Origin: Thermoanaerobaculia bacterium
GTDB lineage: Bacteria; Acidobacteriota; Thermoanaerobaculia; Gp7-AA8
Direction of reading: 5' to 3'
Length of the DNA stretch: 64,000 nt
Assembly: GCA_963719365.1 (NCBI GenBank)
Contig: OY970380.1
Location: 590,903 to 654,902, forward strand
How positions within the stretch are numbered: position 1 is the stretch's first letter; the number at the start of each line of letters is the position of its first letter. The notes below the pieces were generated by a model, which was not told where the DNA came from, searched no databases, and saw only the letters and a list, made by a program, of their open reading frames with translations. The position numbers and the translations under genes were made by a program. Of this stretch, positions 27,705 through 36,644 are shown piece by piece.

Positions 27705-29495
27705 TCAAGGCGTCTTGTTGATGAGACCTTCCGGGAAACGCATGGCCACGCTCTCGATGATGAACTCCTCGATCTCCTGCGCGGTCTTCTTCGTCAGCGC
27801 GACCTCGGCGATGCGCTTGCAATCGCGGTAGCGCACGGAGCGCACGATGTTTTTGATCACCGGAATCGACGAGGGATTCATCGAGAAAATCTCCAGGCCG
27901 AGGCCGAGAAGCACGATGGCGAAGAGCGGATCGGCACCCATCTCGCCGCACAGCGAAACCGGGATGTTCGCCTTGTGGCCGGCGTCGATCACCATCTTCA
28001 GCAACCGCAAAAGCGCCGGATGGAGCGGCTCGTACAGATAGCTCACGTTCTCATTCGAGCGATCGATCGCCAGCGAGTATTGAATGAGATCGTTCGTGCC
28101 GATAGCGAAGAAGTCCGCCTCGGTGGCAAGGATGTCGGCGATGATCGCGGCGGACGGCACTTCGATCATGATGCCGATCGGCAGCTCCGGGTTGTGCGCG
28201 ATCCCCTCGGCGTCCAACTCCGCGCGCAGCTCGCGCACGAGCGTCTTCACCTGCCGCAGCTCCTGCACGCTGGTGACGACCGGAAACATGATCTTGATTT
28301 TCCCGAACGCCGATGCGCGCAGCAGCGCGCGCAACTGCGTGCGAAACATGTCGCGATGTTTCATGCAAAGCCGCAGGCCGCGCAGCCCGAGCACCGGATT
28401 GTTTTCCTTGCTGCCGATGACTTCCTTGGCGAGCTTGCGGCCGCCGAGGTCGAAGGTTCGGATCACACACCACTGCGGCGCCGTGGCCTCGGCCAGCGCG
28501 CGATAAAGCTGAAAGTGCTCTTCTTCGTTCGGCAGCAACGGGCTTTTCGAAATGTAGAGAAACTCGGATCGATAGAGGCCGATACCTTCAGCGCCAAAGC
28601 GGATCGCATCCTTCAACTCTTCAACCAGCTCGATGTTCGCCTGCAGCGTGATGCGCCGGTCGTCCTTGGTCAGCGCGACGAGATCGCGATTCTCAAGCAG
28701 CCGCCGTTCCGCCTCTTCGTGACGGATCACGCGCGACTGGTACTCGGCGATCATCGCCTGCGTCGGATTGACGAGCACGAGGCCCTCGTATCCGTCGAGG
28801 ATCACCATCTCGTCGTTGTCGACGATCTTGGTCAGACGCGGAACGCCGATGACGGCCGGCATGAAGAGCGACTTCGCGATGATCGATGTATGCGACGTTC
28901 GCCCGCCCGCTTCGGTCGCGAATCCAACGATCGGCCGGCGATTGAAGTGAATCGTGTCCGACGGCGTGAGGTCGTCGGCGAGGATGATCACGTCGTGCGT
29001 GATCTCGGAAACGTCGTGGTGCGACACGCCTTGCAGGTTCTTCTGCACGCGATCGGCAACATCTTTCACATCGGCGACGCGCTCGCGAAGATAGACGTCG
29101 TCAAAGCTGCGGAAGCGCGCCTGCAGTTCTTCCTGCACCTCGGCAAGCGCCCACTCGGCGTTGACCTGCTCGGCCTCGATCTTCTGCACGACTTTGTCCG
29201 CGAATGAGGGATCGCTGACCATCATCGCGTGCGCCTCGAAGATCGACGCGTATTCGTCGCCCATCGAGCGCTTCACTTTCTGTTTGAGATCGAGCAACTG
29301 GCTCTGCGTCTTCTCGATCGCTTCGAGAAAACGATTGACCTCGGACGGCACTTCGTCGTCGCGGATCGGCACGCGATAGACCGCGGCCTCGAGCCGTTCG
29401 ACGATCACCGCGCGGCCGATGGCGATGCCGGGCGAAACGCCAATCCCTTTGTAGGTTCGGATGCTCGTACGGCTTGGTGAGGTGGTGGTGGGCAT
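27705..29495 (-). CDS. ptsI: Phosphoenolpyruvate-protein phosphotransferase (PTS enzyme I)
   Basis: Active-site His region GGRTSHTSIIAKSL. PEP-utilising TIM-barrel C-terminus. 596 aa. Confidence 0.9.
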   Translation of the reverse strand: MPTTTSPSRTSIRTYKGIGVSPGIAIGRAVIVERLEAAVYRVPIRDDEVPSEVNRFLEAIEKTQSQLLDLKQKVKRSMGDEYASIFEAHAMMVSDPSFADKVVQKIEAEQVNAEWALAEVQEELQARFRSFDDVYLRERVADVKDVADRVQKNLQGVSHHDVSEITHDVIILADDLTPSDTIHFNRRPIVGFATEAGGRTSHTSIIAKSLFMPAVIGVPRLTKIVDNDEMVILDGYEGLVLVNPTQAMIAEYQSRVIRHEEAERRLLENRDLVALTKDDRRITLQANIELVEELKDAIRFGAEGIGLYRSEFLYISKSPLLPNEEEHFQLYRALAEATAPQWCVIRTFDLGGRKLAKEVIGSKENNPVLGLRGLRLCMKHRDMFRTQLRALLRASAFGKIKIMFPVVTSVQELRQVKTLVRELRAELDAEGIAHNPELPIGIMIEVPSAAIIADILATEADFFAIGTNDLIQYSLAIDRSNENVSYLYEPLHPALLRLLKMVIDAGHKANIPVSLCGEMGADPLFAIVLLGLGLEIFSMNPSSIPVIKNIVRSVRYRDCKRIAEVALTKKTAQEIEEFIIESVAMRFPEGLINKTP

Positions 29496-29500
29496 TGGTG

Positions 29501-29585
29501 CTCTTAGCTCTGAGCTGTTAGCTCTTAGGCCCGCCCGCCCTGCTGGTGATTCCCAAGAGCTAACAGCTAAGAGCTAAGAGCTACC
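29501..29585. repeat. Inverted repeat occupying the ptsH-ptsI intergenic spacer (AGCTCTTAG/CTAAGAGCT tandem motif)
   Basis: CTCTTAGCTCTGAGCTGTTAGCTCTTAGG versus CCCAAGAGCTAACAGCTAAGAGCTAAGAGCTACC. A ~29-bp imperfect stem between two co-transcribed genes. Confidence 0.6.
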
Positions 29586-29588
29586 TGC

Positions 29589-29858
29589 TCATTCTACTTC
29601 ATCGAATTTCGCGTTGATGAGCGCTTCGATCGCGTGGACCGCGTCGGCCTCGTCCTCGCCGTTCGCTTTGATCGTGATCATCGTCCCGCGGCCGGCGGCG
29701 AGCAGCAGGATGCCGAGGATGGATTTGCCGTCGACTTCCTCGTCACCTTTGCGGATCTTGATGTCGCACTTGAAGCGCGCCGCGACGTGGACAAGCTTCG
29801 CCGCAGCGCGGGCGTGAAGTCCGAGCTTGTTCTTGATCTCGATCTCGTGCTCGATCAC
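29589..29858 (-). CDS. ptsH: Phosphocarrier protein HPr
   Basis: 89 aa. His15 region NKLGLHARAAAKLV. Confidence 0.9.
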   Translation of the reverse strand: MIEHEIEIKNKLGLHARAAAKLVHVAARFKCDIKIRKGDEEVDGKSILGILLLAAGRGTMITIKANGEDEADAVHAIEALINAKFDEVE

Positions 29859-30331
29859 GAAGCGGCTCCGGCACGGCGATCCGCCGCCAACAGATCCGAG
29901 GCCACGCGGATCGATTTCGCGCCACGCTCGCTGATGGCATGCGCGAGATCGGTGAGGTCGTGGCCATCCTGATGAAGCGTCGCGAACTTCACGATCATCG
30001 GCAGGTTCACACCGGTGATGATCTCGATGCGGTCTTTCTCAAGGAACGACAGGCTGATGTTGCTCGGCGTGCCGCCAAACATGTCGGTGAAGATGATGAC
30101 GGAATCGGAGCCGACGCGCGCGAGGGCGAGCCGGATTTTCTCGCGGGCTTCATCGACACTGTCGGTCCATTCGAGCGGCACGGCCTCGATCACGCCGAGG
30201 TTCTCCTCGATTTTCTGAGCGGCGCTAAGCAGTTCGTTCGCGAGATTTCCGTGAGTCACGATGAGAGCAGCAATCAAACAAGTCTCCTCTTGCAGCGGGC
30301 GAATGATAGGTGGGCGCGACCCGCGGAGCAA
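29855..30331 (-). CDS. PTS EIIA component, mannose/fructose family
   Basis: LIVTHGNLANELL matches the PTS_EIIA_4 phosphorylation-site motif. 4-nt overlap with ptsH. The exact start is uncertain. Confidence 0.7.
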   Translation of the reverse strand: MLRGSRPPIIRPLQEETCLIAALIVTHGNLANELLSAAQKIEENLGVIEAVPLEWTDSVDEAREKIRLALARVGSDSVIIFTDMFGGTPSNISLSFLEKDRIEIITGVNLPMIVKFATLHQDGHDLTDLAHAISERGAKSIRVASDLLAADRRAGAAS

Positions 30332-30344
30332 ACGAGGCGAGTGA

Positions 30345-31019
30345 TCATCGCGTTTCTCTGGCGCGAACTGCGCTTACGATCGCGGACACCACTGCGGGGA
30401 TATCGAGATCGGATGTATCGACGACTGTGTACGAATCGTCGTAGCGGAGAGGCGAATCGGCGCGATTGGAATCCTGGTCGTCGCGCGCAACCGTGGCAGC
30501 GAGGATCGAGTCGTAATCGACATCCTCCCCTTTCGCGGCCAGTTCATCATGCCGCCGTTGCGCGCGCACCTCGGGCCGGGCCGTCAGAAAAAACTTGAAC
30601 GGCGTTTCGGGGAAGACCTTTGTGCCGATATCGCGTCCTTCGAGCACGCCACCTTTGCGGCGGCCGAGGTCTTGCTGCAGTTTGACGAGAACGCGCCGCA
30701 CGGCCGGGACCGCGGAGACATTGCTCGCGGCCATGCTCATCTCCGGCGTGCGGATCAGCGACGTCACATCCTCATCGTTGAGAAGAACGTGCGGTGTGTC
30801 GCCGGCGATGAAATCGATGCGGACGCGTTGCGCCAACTCCTCGAGCGCGGCGGCATCGCGCGTGTCGATTCCTTCGCGAGTGGCAGCGAATGCAAGCGCG
30901 CGGTACATCGCGCCGGTGTCGATGTGCGGAATGCCGAGCTCGCGCGCCACCATGCGGCTCGTGGTCGTCTTGCCGACGCCGGACGGTCCGTCGATGGCGA
31001 TGATCAGCGGCGCGGGCAT
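30345..31019 (-). CDS. cmk: Cytidylate kinase
   Basis: P-loop IAIDGPSGVGKTTTSR. 224 aa. Confidence 0.9.
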   Translation of the reverse strand: MPAPLIIAIDGPSGVGKTTTSRMVARELGIPHIDTGAMYRALAFAATREGIDTRDAAALEELAQRVRIDFIAGDTPHVLLNDEDVTSLIRTPEMSMAASNVSAVPAVRRVLVKLQQDLGRRKGGVLEGRDIGTKVFPETPFKFFLTARPEVRAQRRHDELAAKGEDVDYDSILAATVARDDQDSNRADSPLRYDDSYTVVDTSDLDIPAVVSAIVSAVRARETR

Positions 31020-31028
31020 GAGTGAGGA

Positions 31029-32042
31029 TCAGCCGCGGCGGGCACTGCTTCGCGGAGGACGGGCGGGCGCGCGGCGAGCGGGTGCCTTCTTGCTGCCGGC
31101 CGGTTTCTTGGACGCCGCGATCTTCGGGCGCGGCGTGGCGGGACGCGGTGATGGTGTTCTTCGCGTCGAGGTGCGCGGAGCCGCTGCGCGCGCTGCCGCG
31201 GGCCGTGCTTTCGGACGCGCCGCGCGTTTCGCGCCAGCCGCCGCCGGCTTCTTGTGCGAGACCGGACGTGGCGTTGCGCGCCGCGCTTTGACCGGCTTCT
31301 TCATCTCTTTCATCGTCTCCAGCATCTTTACTTCCTGCTTCGTCAGCTCGCGCCACACACCGGGCGTGAGTTTCGGATCGGAGATCGGACCGATGGCGAC
31401 GCGGCGCAGTTTGGAGACAGGATGGCCGATGGCCTGAAACATTTTGCGGATCTGCTGCGTGCGTCCTTCGCGCAGTTTCACTTCGAACCAACTGTTGCCT
31501 TCGTCGTCGCGCTTGCCGGTGGTGCGCATGCGCTCGATGTCACACGGCAACGTGCGCTTGCCGTCGATGGTGATGCCGCGGCGGAGTTTTTCGATCATCC
31601 GCTCATCGGGCACGCCGCGCACTTTGACGCTGTAGGTCTTGACCGATCCGTGCGTCGGATGCGAGACCTTGAACGCCAGCTCACCGTCATTCGTCAGCAG
31701 CACCAATCCCTCGGAATGAAAATCGAGACGGCCGACGGGATAGATGCGCTCGCGGATGCCGCGCACGAGATCGATGACGGTGCGGCGGCCTTGCGGATCC
31801 TCGACCGTCGTCATCACTTCCTTCGGCTTGTACAAAAGGATGTAGCGATGCGGCTCGGCTTTGGTAATCAACTTGCCGTCGACCTTGATGTGATCGCGGT
31901 CAGGGTCAGCGCGCGTTCCGAGCTCGGTGACGACACGCCCGTTCAGCGTGACGCGTCCCTCCCGGATCATCGCTTCGGCTTCACGTCGCGACGAGACGCC
32001 GGCGTGGGCGATGATCTTCTGCAAGCGCTCTTGTTGCATCAC
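31029..32042 (-). CDS. rluB: 23S rRNA pseudouridine synthase (RsuA/RluB family) with Lys/Arg-rich C-terminal tail
   Basis: S4 domain (RLQKIIAHAGVSSRREAEAMIREGRVTLNG). Catalytic motif VGRLDFHSEGLVLLTNDG. Confidence 0.85.
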   Translation of the reverse strand: MMQQERLQKIIAHAGVSSRREAEAMIREGRVTLNGRVVTELGTRADPDRDHIKVDGKLITKAEPHRYILLYKPKEVMTTVEDPQGRRTVIDLVRGIRERIYPVGRLDFHSEGLVLLTNDGELAFKVSHPTHGSVKTYSVKVRGVPDERMIEKLRRGITIDGKRTLPCDIERMRTTGKRDDEGNSWFEVKLREGRTQQIRKMFQAIGHPVSKLRRVAIGPISDPKLTPGVWRELTKQEVKMLETMKEMKKPVKARRATPRPVSHKKPAAAGAKRAARPKARPAAARAAAPRTSTRRTPSPRPATPRPKIAASKKPAGSKKAPARRAPARPPRSSARRG

Positions 32043-32818
32043 TCTTGTTTATCGTTGACGACTTCGGATTGTACCTCGTTCGTTGAAGGCTGCGCGTCGT
32101 CATCGCTGCGCACTTCATCGATCGTCGCTTCGACCGGCGATTCGATCGCTGCATTCTCATCGCCGGCATTCAACTCTGCGTTGAGGGCATCGTCGATCTG
32201 CTCGCCCTGTTCGAGCGGCACTTCGACACCTTCGGCAATGTGCGTCGTCTCGATGGCGAGGACGAGATCATCGTTGATCTGCTCGCCGATGAGGTCTCCG
32301 AATTCTTCGAGGCGCGGCATGTCGCGAATGTCGTTGAGTCCGAAGTGAACGAGGAACTCGCGCGTCGTGCGATAGAGAAACGGGCTGCCGACGACGTTCT
32401 TTCGTCCAGCCACGCGAATCATGCGCCGCTCCAGCAGCGTACGAATGGTCTGGTTTGAATTGACGCCGCGGATCTCCGACACTTCCGGCGCGGTGATCGG
32501 CTGACGATACGCGACGATGGCCAGCGTCTCGAGCGCCGCGATGGAGAGACGGTTCTCGCCTTTCTTCGCAAAGTACTTCTTGAGGATCGGATCGTGCTCG
32601 GCGCGCGTGGCGAAGCGCCAGCCGCCCGCGGTCTGTTCGAGCATGAAGCCGCCGAGGCTGGCGTCGAGCGCGCGTTTGATCTCTTCAAGCTGCTCGACCA
32701 CCGCTTCCCTCCCCTCGCCCGCAAACGCCTCAGCAAGCTCGTCGAGCTTCACCGGCTCATTGCTGACGAAGAGAATGGCCTCGAGGGCCGCGCGTAATTC
32801 TGTTGGTTCCATTGCCAT
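32039..32818 (-). CDS. scpB: Segregation and condensation protein B
   Basis: LEAILFVSNEPVKLDELAEAF ScpB N-terminal winged helix. 259 aa. Confidence 0.85.
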   Translation of the reverse strand: MAMEPTELRAALEAILFVSNEPVKLDELAEAFAGEGREAVVEQLEEIKRALDASLGGFMLEQTAGGWRFATRAEHDPILKKYFAKKGENRLSIAALETLAIVAYRQPITAPEVSEIRGVNSNQTIRTLLERRMIRVAGRKNVVGSPFLYRTTREFLVHFGLNDIRDMPRLEEFGDLIGEQINDDLVLAIETTHIAEGVEVPLEQGEQIDDALNAELNAGDENAAIESPVEATIDEVRSDDDAQPSTNEVQSEVVNDKQE

Positions 32819-32846
32819 CGAAAGTCGTTTTCCCTGTGTGTGGTTC

Positions 32847-33686
32847 TTACGAATTGTCGAACATCTCGAACACCGACTCTTCGAGCGTCTTGTCGGTTCC
32901 CGCGATCAGGATCTCGCCGAAATTCTCGCTTTGCTTGAGCGAGATGCCGCCGAGCCGTACCAGCTCGAGCGTGCCGAGGAAGATCGCGATCAGCTCGTTG
33001 CGATCGCGTCCTTCGAGAAACCACTGCAAACGAATCGGCGATTTTTCCTGAACCTTCGAATACAGCTCGCGCATCTTGTCGCTGATCTTGTGAACCGTGC
33101 GGCGCAGCTCGATGGCCTGCGGGTGATTCTGTTTGTAGCGATTGAGCGCGGATCGGAACGCATCGATCAGATCGAAGAGGCCGACCTCGCTCATGTCGAT
33201 CTCGGTCGCATCAGTGCCCGGCAGCGTAGTCGCCGGCCGCGGCCAGACGCCCATGCGAAGAACGTCGAGCTCCGCGAACGATTCGGCGACGGCTTTGAAG
33301 CGCTGATACTCGAGCAGACGATCGACGAGCTCCTGGCGCGGATCTTCGGCCTCGCCATCGGTCTCGTCGTGCGGCAGCAGCATCTTCGACTTGATGTGAA
33401 TGAGCAGCGCCGCCATGTAGATGTAGTCGGCGGCGACGTCGAGGCTCAGCTCCTCCATCGCATCGAGGTAGGCCGTGTATTGCTCGGTGACGAGCGCGAT
33501 GGGGATGTCGTAGATGTCGATCTTGTGCTGCTTGATGAGATGCAGCAGCAGATCGAGCGGACCGTGAAACGACGGCAGCGTGACTTTCAGCGCGCCGCCG
33601 CTCTCCTCCTGTTCATCGGGAGGACGGTCGTCGGCCGGCTGTGCAACCGCCGGCCGCTCTGTCTGTTCGTCCGTCATCGTGGTCAT
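32847..33686 (-). CDS. scpA: Segregation and condensation protein A
   Basis: FHGPLDLLLHLIKQHKIDIYDIPIALVTEQY ScpA signature. Start at the internal Met at 33686; 4-nt overlap with trpS. Confidence 0.8.
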   Translation of the reverse strand: MTTMTDEQTERPAVAQPADDRPPDEQEESGGALKVTLPSFHGPLDLLLHLIKQHKIDIYDIPIALVTEQYTAYLDAMEELSLDVAADYIYMAALLIHIKSKMLLPHDETDGEAEDPRQELVDRLLEYQRFKAVAESFAELDVLRMGVWPRPATTLPGTDATEIDMSEVGLFDLIDAFRSALNRYKQNHPQAIELRRTVHKISDKMRELYSKVQEKSPIRLQWFLEGRDRNELIAIFLGTLELVRLGGISLKQSENFGEILIAGTDKTLEESVFEMFDNS

Positions 33687-34689
33687 CGCAACTCGGAGTA
33701 ATTGAGTTTGATTGCATCGCGCACGAGCTCCATCGTCTGCTGGGCGCGCTCGCGCGCTTTGCGGTTGCCCGCGCGCAGCACATCCCAGACGATCGAAGGA
33801 TCGCGGTCGATGGCCTCGCGCTTCTCGCGGATCGGACGCAGCGACTCGATCATGATTTCCGCGAGCAACTTCTTGTCGTCGACGCAGCCGATCTGCGCGG
33901 TGCGGCATTCGTGGTCGACGCGCGCGATCGTCTCCTCGTTCGAGAAGAGCTTGTGGAACTGGAAGAGGTTGCAGACGTCGGGCCGGCCCGGATCCTTGCG
34001 GCGGATACGCTCGGGATCGGTGAACATCGTCATGACCAGCGCGCGGATGTCGTCGGCACTGGCGGAGAGCGGAATCGTGTTGCCGTACGACTTCGACATC
34101 TTCCGTCCGTCCAGTCCCGGAACTTTCGGCGTCTCGGTCAGCAGCACCTGCGGCTCGGGGAAAACGTCGCCGTAGAAATTGTTGAAGCGCCGCACGATCT
34201 CGCGCGAGATCTCGAGATGCGAAGCCTGGTCCTCACCCACCGGAACGAAGTTCGCCCTATAGATAATGATGTCGGCCGTCTGCAACAGCGGATAGCCGAG
34301 GAAGCCGTAGGTATTCAGCTCCTTGTCCTGAAGCTGATCCTGCTGATCCTTGAATGTCGGCACACGCTCCAGCCACGGCAGCGGCGTGACCATCGACAAA
34401 ATCAGATGCAGCTCGGCGTGTTCCTTCACCTCGGACTGGACGAAGATTGTCGCCTTTGCCGGATCGAGCCCGGCCGCGAGCCAGTCGGCAACAGCATCGA
34501 ACGTCGCCTGCGTGATCTTCGACGTGTCGGCATAGTCCGACGTCAGCGCGTGCCAGTCGGCAACGAAGTAGTAGCAGTCGTAAAGATCCTGCAGACGGAC
34601 CCAGTTTCTGACCGCGCCGAAGTAGTTGCCGAGGTGGACGCGGCCCGTTGGTCGGAGGCCGCTGAGGACGAATTGGGATGATTGGGGCG
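33683..34689 (-). CDS. trpS: Tryptophanyl-tRNA synthetase
   Basis: Class I motifs TGRVHLGNY (HIGH) and KMSKS. Start assigned to a TTG about 11 codons before HIGH, giving ~335 aa. The open frame continues without a stop for another 117 Pro-rich codons upstream to an ATG at 35041, which is an alternative start. Confidence 0.8.
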
Positions 34690-35377
34690 ATGAATTCAAT
34701 GCTGACTCGCGGCTCAGGGGAAAGGGGGGGAAATTTGGAGGCGGAGTGTAGCAGAAGGAAAAGAGCTGCGGTGGGGGATTATGATGAAGGTTCTGTACGG
34801 TGCGTCTGTAAACTATGGCCGCGTCACGCAGGGAGCGAGAGGGGAATAGTGCGGGCTGCTGGAAGCGGCGAAAGGGGACGTCCACGATCATCACACGACA
34901 CGGGCATCCGTGCGCCCGTTGCTGATCACTCTGGAAGGCCAGCAGAAGGCGCCTCCCGCGAAAGGGACCGGGCGCGGTCTGTGGGGAAATCGAGTACGCG
35001 ATCGATACGCGCTCTTCGTGACGAATGGAACCGATAGACATTGCCGGCTAGCGCCCGATGCGCTGCCGTTGACTCGGCGCCGATCATCTACCTCCTCGAG
35101 GACATCCCGTTCCGGCGTGCTTCGAATGATCTTCGAAGCCCACGCCGCGGCCAGGTCCGTCGCGTCACGACGATACGATTGCCGAGCTGACGGTCCGCGG
35201 GGCGAGGAAGTGCTGGCGGAGATACGCAGCTTCTCGAATCTTGGCAGGTGGTCGACATGGACGCCATCGCCGAAGCGCGGCGCGGATGCGCGGTTTGTTC
35301 GTCTCAAGCCGCCGACGGGTCAGGTCGCAAGCGCACTGGACAACGAGACGGGAAGAGAGAGGGAGGGGGGGTGCGAA

Positions 35378-35471
35378 AGGGGTCAGGTCGAAACCGAAAC
35401 CGACGACAGCTTGAATCGAGAGGAATGTTCGTAGCGAGGCGTCGTCAGTTTCGGTTTCGACCTGACCCCTT
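35378..35471. mobile_element. REPIN-like hairpin (REP doublet), left flank of RAYT gene
   Basis: AAGGGGTCAGGTCGAAACCGAAACCGACGAC, a 30-nt loop, then GTCGTCAGTTTCGGTTTCGACCTGACCCCTT. A near-identical copy in opposite orientation lies at 36532-36625. Confidence 0.75.
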
Positions 35472-35541
35472 TCGCGCTATACTTTGCTTCCCACGCGAGA
35501 CCGGTCCTCGGTCTTATTCGATTGCTCTTCTCCGAAGCGCT

Positions 35542-36558
35542 GTGCCTCGTCCTCTACGACTCGAGTTTCCGGGCGCCCTCTGGCATGTCACCAACCGTGG
35601 TGTAGAACGGCGATCGATCTACGCAGATGATCACGATCGCCTTCACTTTCTTCACCTATTGGAAAAGGTGATCGGTGCCTACCGCTGGCAAGTGCTCGCA
35701 TATGTGTTGATGTCGAATCATTACCATCTGTTCTTCCGAACGCCGGACACGAACCTATCGCGAGGGATGAAGGATCTGGATGGTGACTACGCTTCGTTCT
35801 TCAACGCACGTCACCGGCGTGCAGGACATCTGTTTCAGGGACGGTTCAAGAGTCACCTTGTCGATGGCGAGACCTATCTCCTCGAGGTCGCTCGTTACAT
35901 CGTTCTCAATCCGGTTCGCGCACGCATGGTGGAGACGCCTGGGGAATGGCGATGGAGCAGTTATCGCGCGACAGGCGGTCTTGCCGCGGTTCCCCGCTGG
36001 CTCGACCCTGGACCGATCCTCGACGTCTTCCATGCCGATGACTGGAACGTGGCCATGCATGGATATCGCGAGTTCGTGGCCGCGGCGATCGGGCACGATG
36101 CCTCGCCTTGGGAGGGGTTGGTTGCCGGGACGTTTCTTGGAGGGAAGGAGTTTCTGCAGCGAATGGAAATCGAGGTGAAGAGGTTGAGGCAGGAGCCCGA
36201 TGTGATGAAATCTCCGCGCGCGCAGGAACTGCGGGAGCTCTCCGTCGCTTCGACCTCCGATCTCGGACCGCTGACGATCGAGTCGGTGAGACAAGCAATT
36301 GAGTCAATGAGGATCACTGACTGTTGGCCACCCCCTCCTGGCTCGGATGCGCGCCTGCTCTTCGCGTTGCTCTCGGCCCGGCACACTCAATCGTCTCGCG
36401 CAGAGATTGGCCGTCTTCTGGGCATCACCGCACCCGGCGCGCTTCGCGTGATCCGGTCGGGCGAAACGCGGGAAACGAGAGATCCCGAATTTGCGAAGCT
36501 ACTGCTCGACGTTAAGGAATTGCTGCCGCGGAAGGGGTCAGGTCGAAACCGAAACTGA
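35542..36558 (+). CDS. REP-associated tyrosine transposase (RAYT; IS200/IS605 Y1 HuH family, COG1943) with C-terminal HTH extension
   Basis: HuH motif NHYHLF. Catalytic Tyr region [14 protein letters not shown]. Canonical N-terminus (M)[19 protein letters not shown], implying a GTG start at 35542 (ATG alternatives lie upstream). The 3-prime codons run into the right REPIN. Confidence 0.8.
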   Translation: MPRPLRLEFPGALWHVTNRGVERRSIYADDHDRLHFLHLLEKVIGAYRWQVLAYVLMSNHYHLFFRTPDTNLSRGMKDLDGDYASFFNARHRRAGHLFQGRFKSHLVDGETYLLEVARYIVLNPVRARMVETPGEWRWSSYRATGGLAAVPRWLDPGPILDVFHADDWNVAMHGYREFVAAAIGHDASPWEGLVAGTFLGGKEFLQRMEIEVKRLRQEPDVMKSPRAQELRELSVASTSDLGPLTIESVRQAIESMRITDCWPPPPGSDARLLFALLSARHTQSSRAEIGRLLGITAPGALRVIRSGETRETRDPEFAKLLLDVKELLPRKGSGRNRN

Positions 36559-36625
36559 CGACACTTCGCTACGAATGTTCCGCTCGATACAGGCGTCGTC
36601 AGTTTCGGTTTCGACCTGACCCCTT
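36532..36625. mobile_element. REPIN-like hairpin, right flank of RAYT gene
   Basis: Same arms as 35378-35471, with an inverted loop sequence. Contains the RAYT stop codon. Confidence 0.75.
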
Positions 36626-36644
36626 CGAGGGAAGGGAGGGGGCG

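Noticed and set aside
34690-35370. Protein-like frame fragments (for example ...DSAPIIYLLEDIPFRRASNDL...) between the trpS leader and the left REPIN, possibly a decayed gene
   Set aside because: The fragments are short, interrupted by stops in every frame, and have no recognisable family. They could also be the trpS 5-prime extension or leader, so no feature was called.
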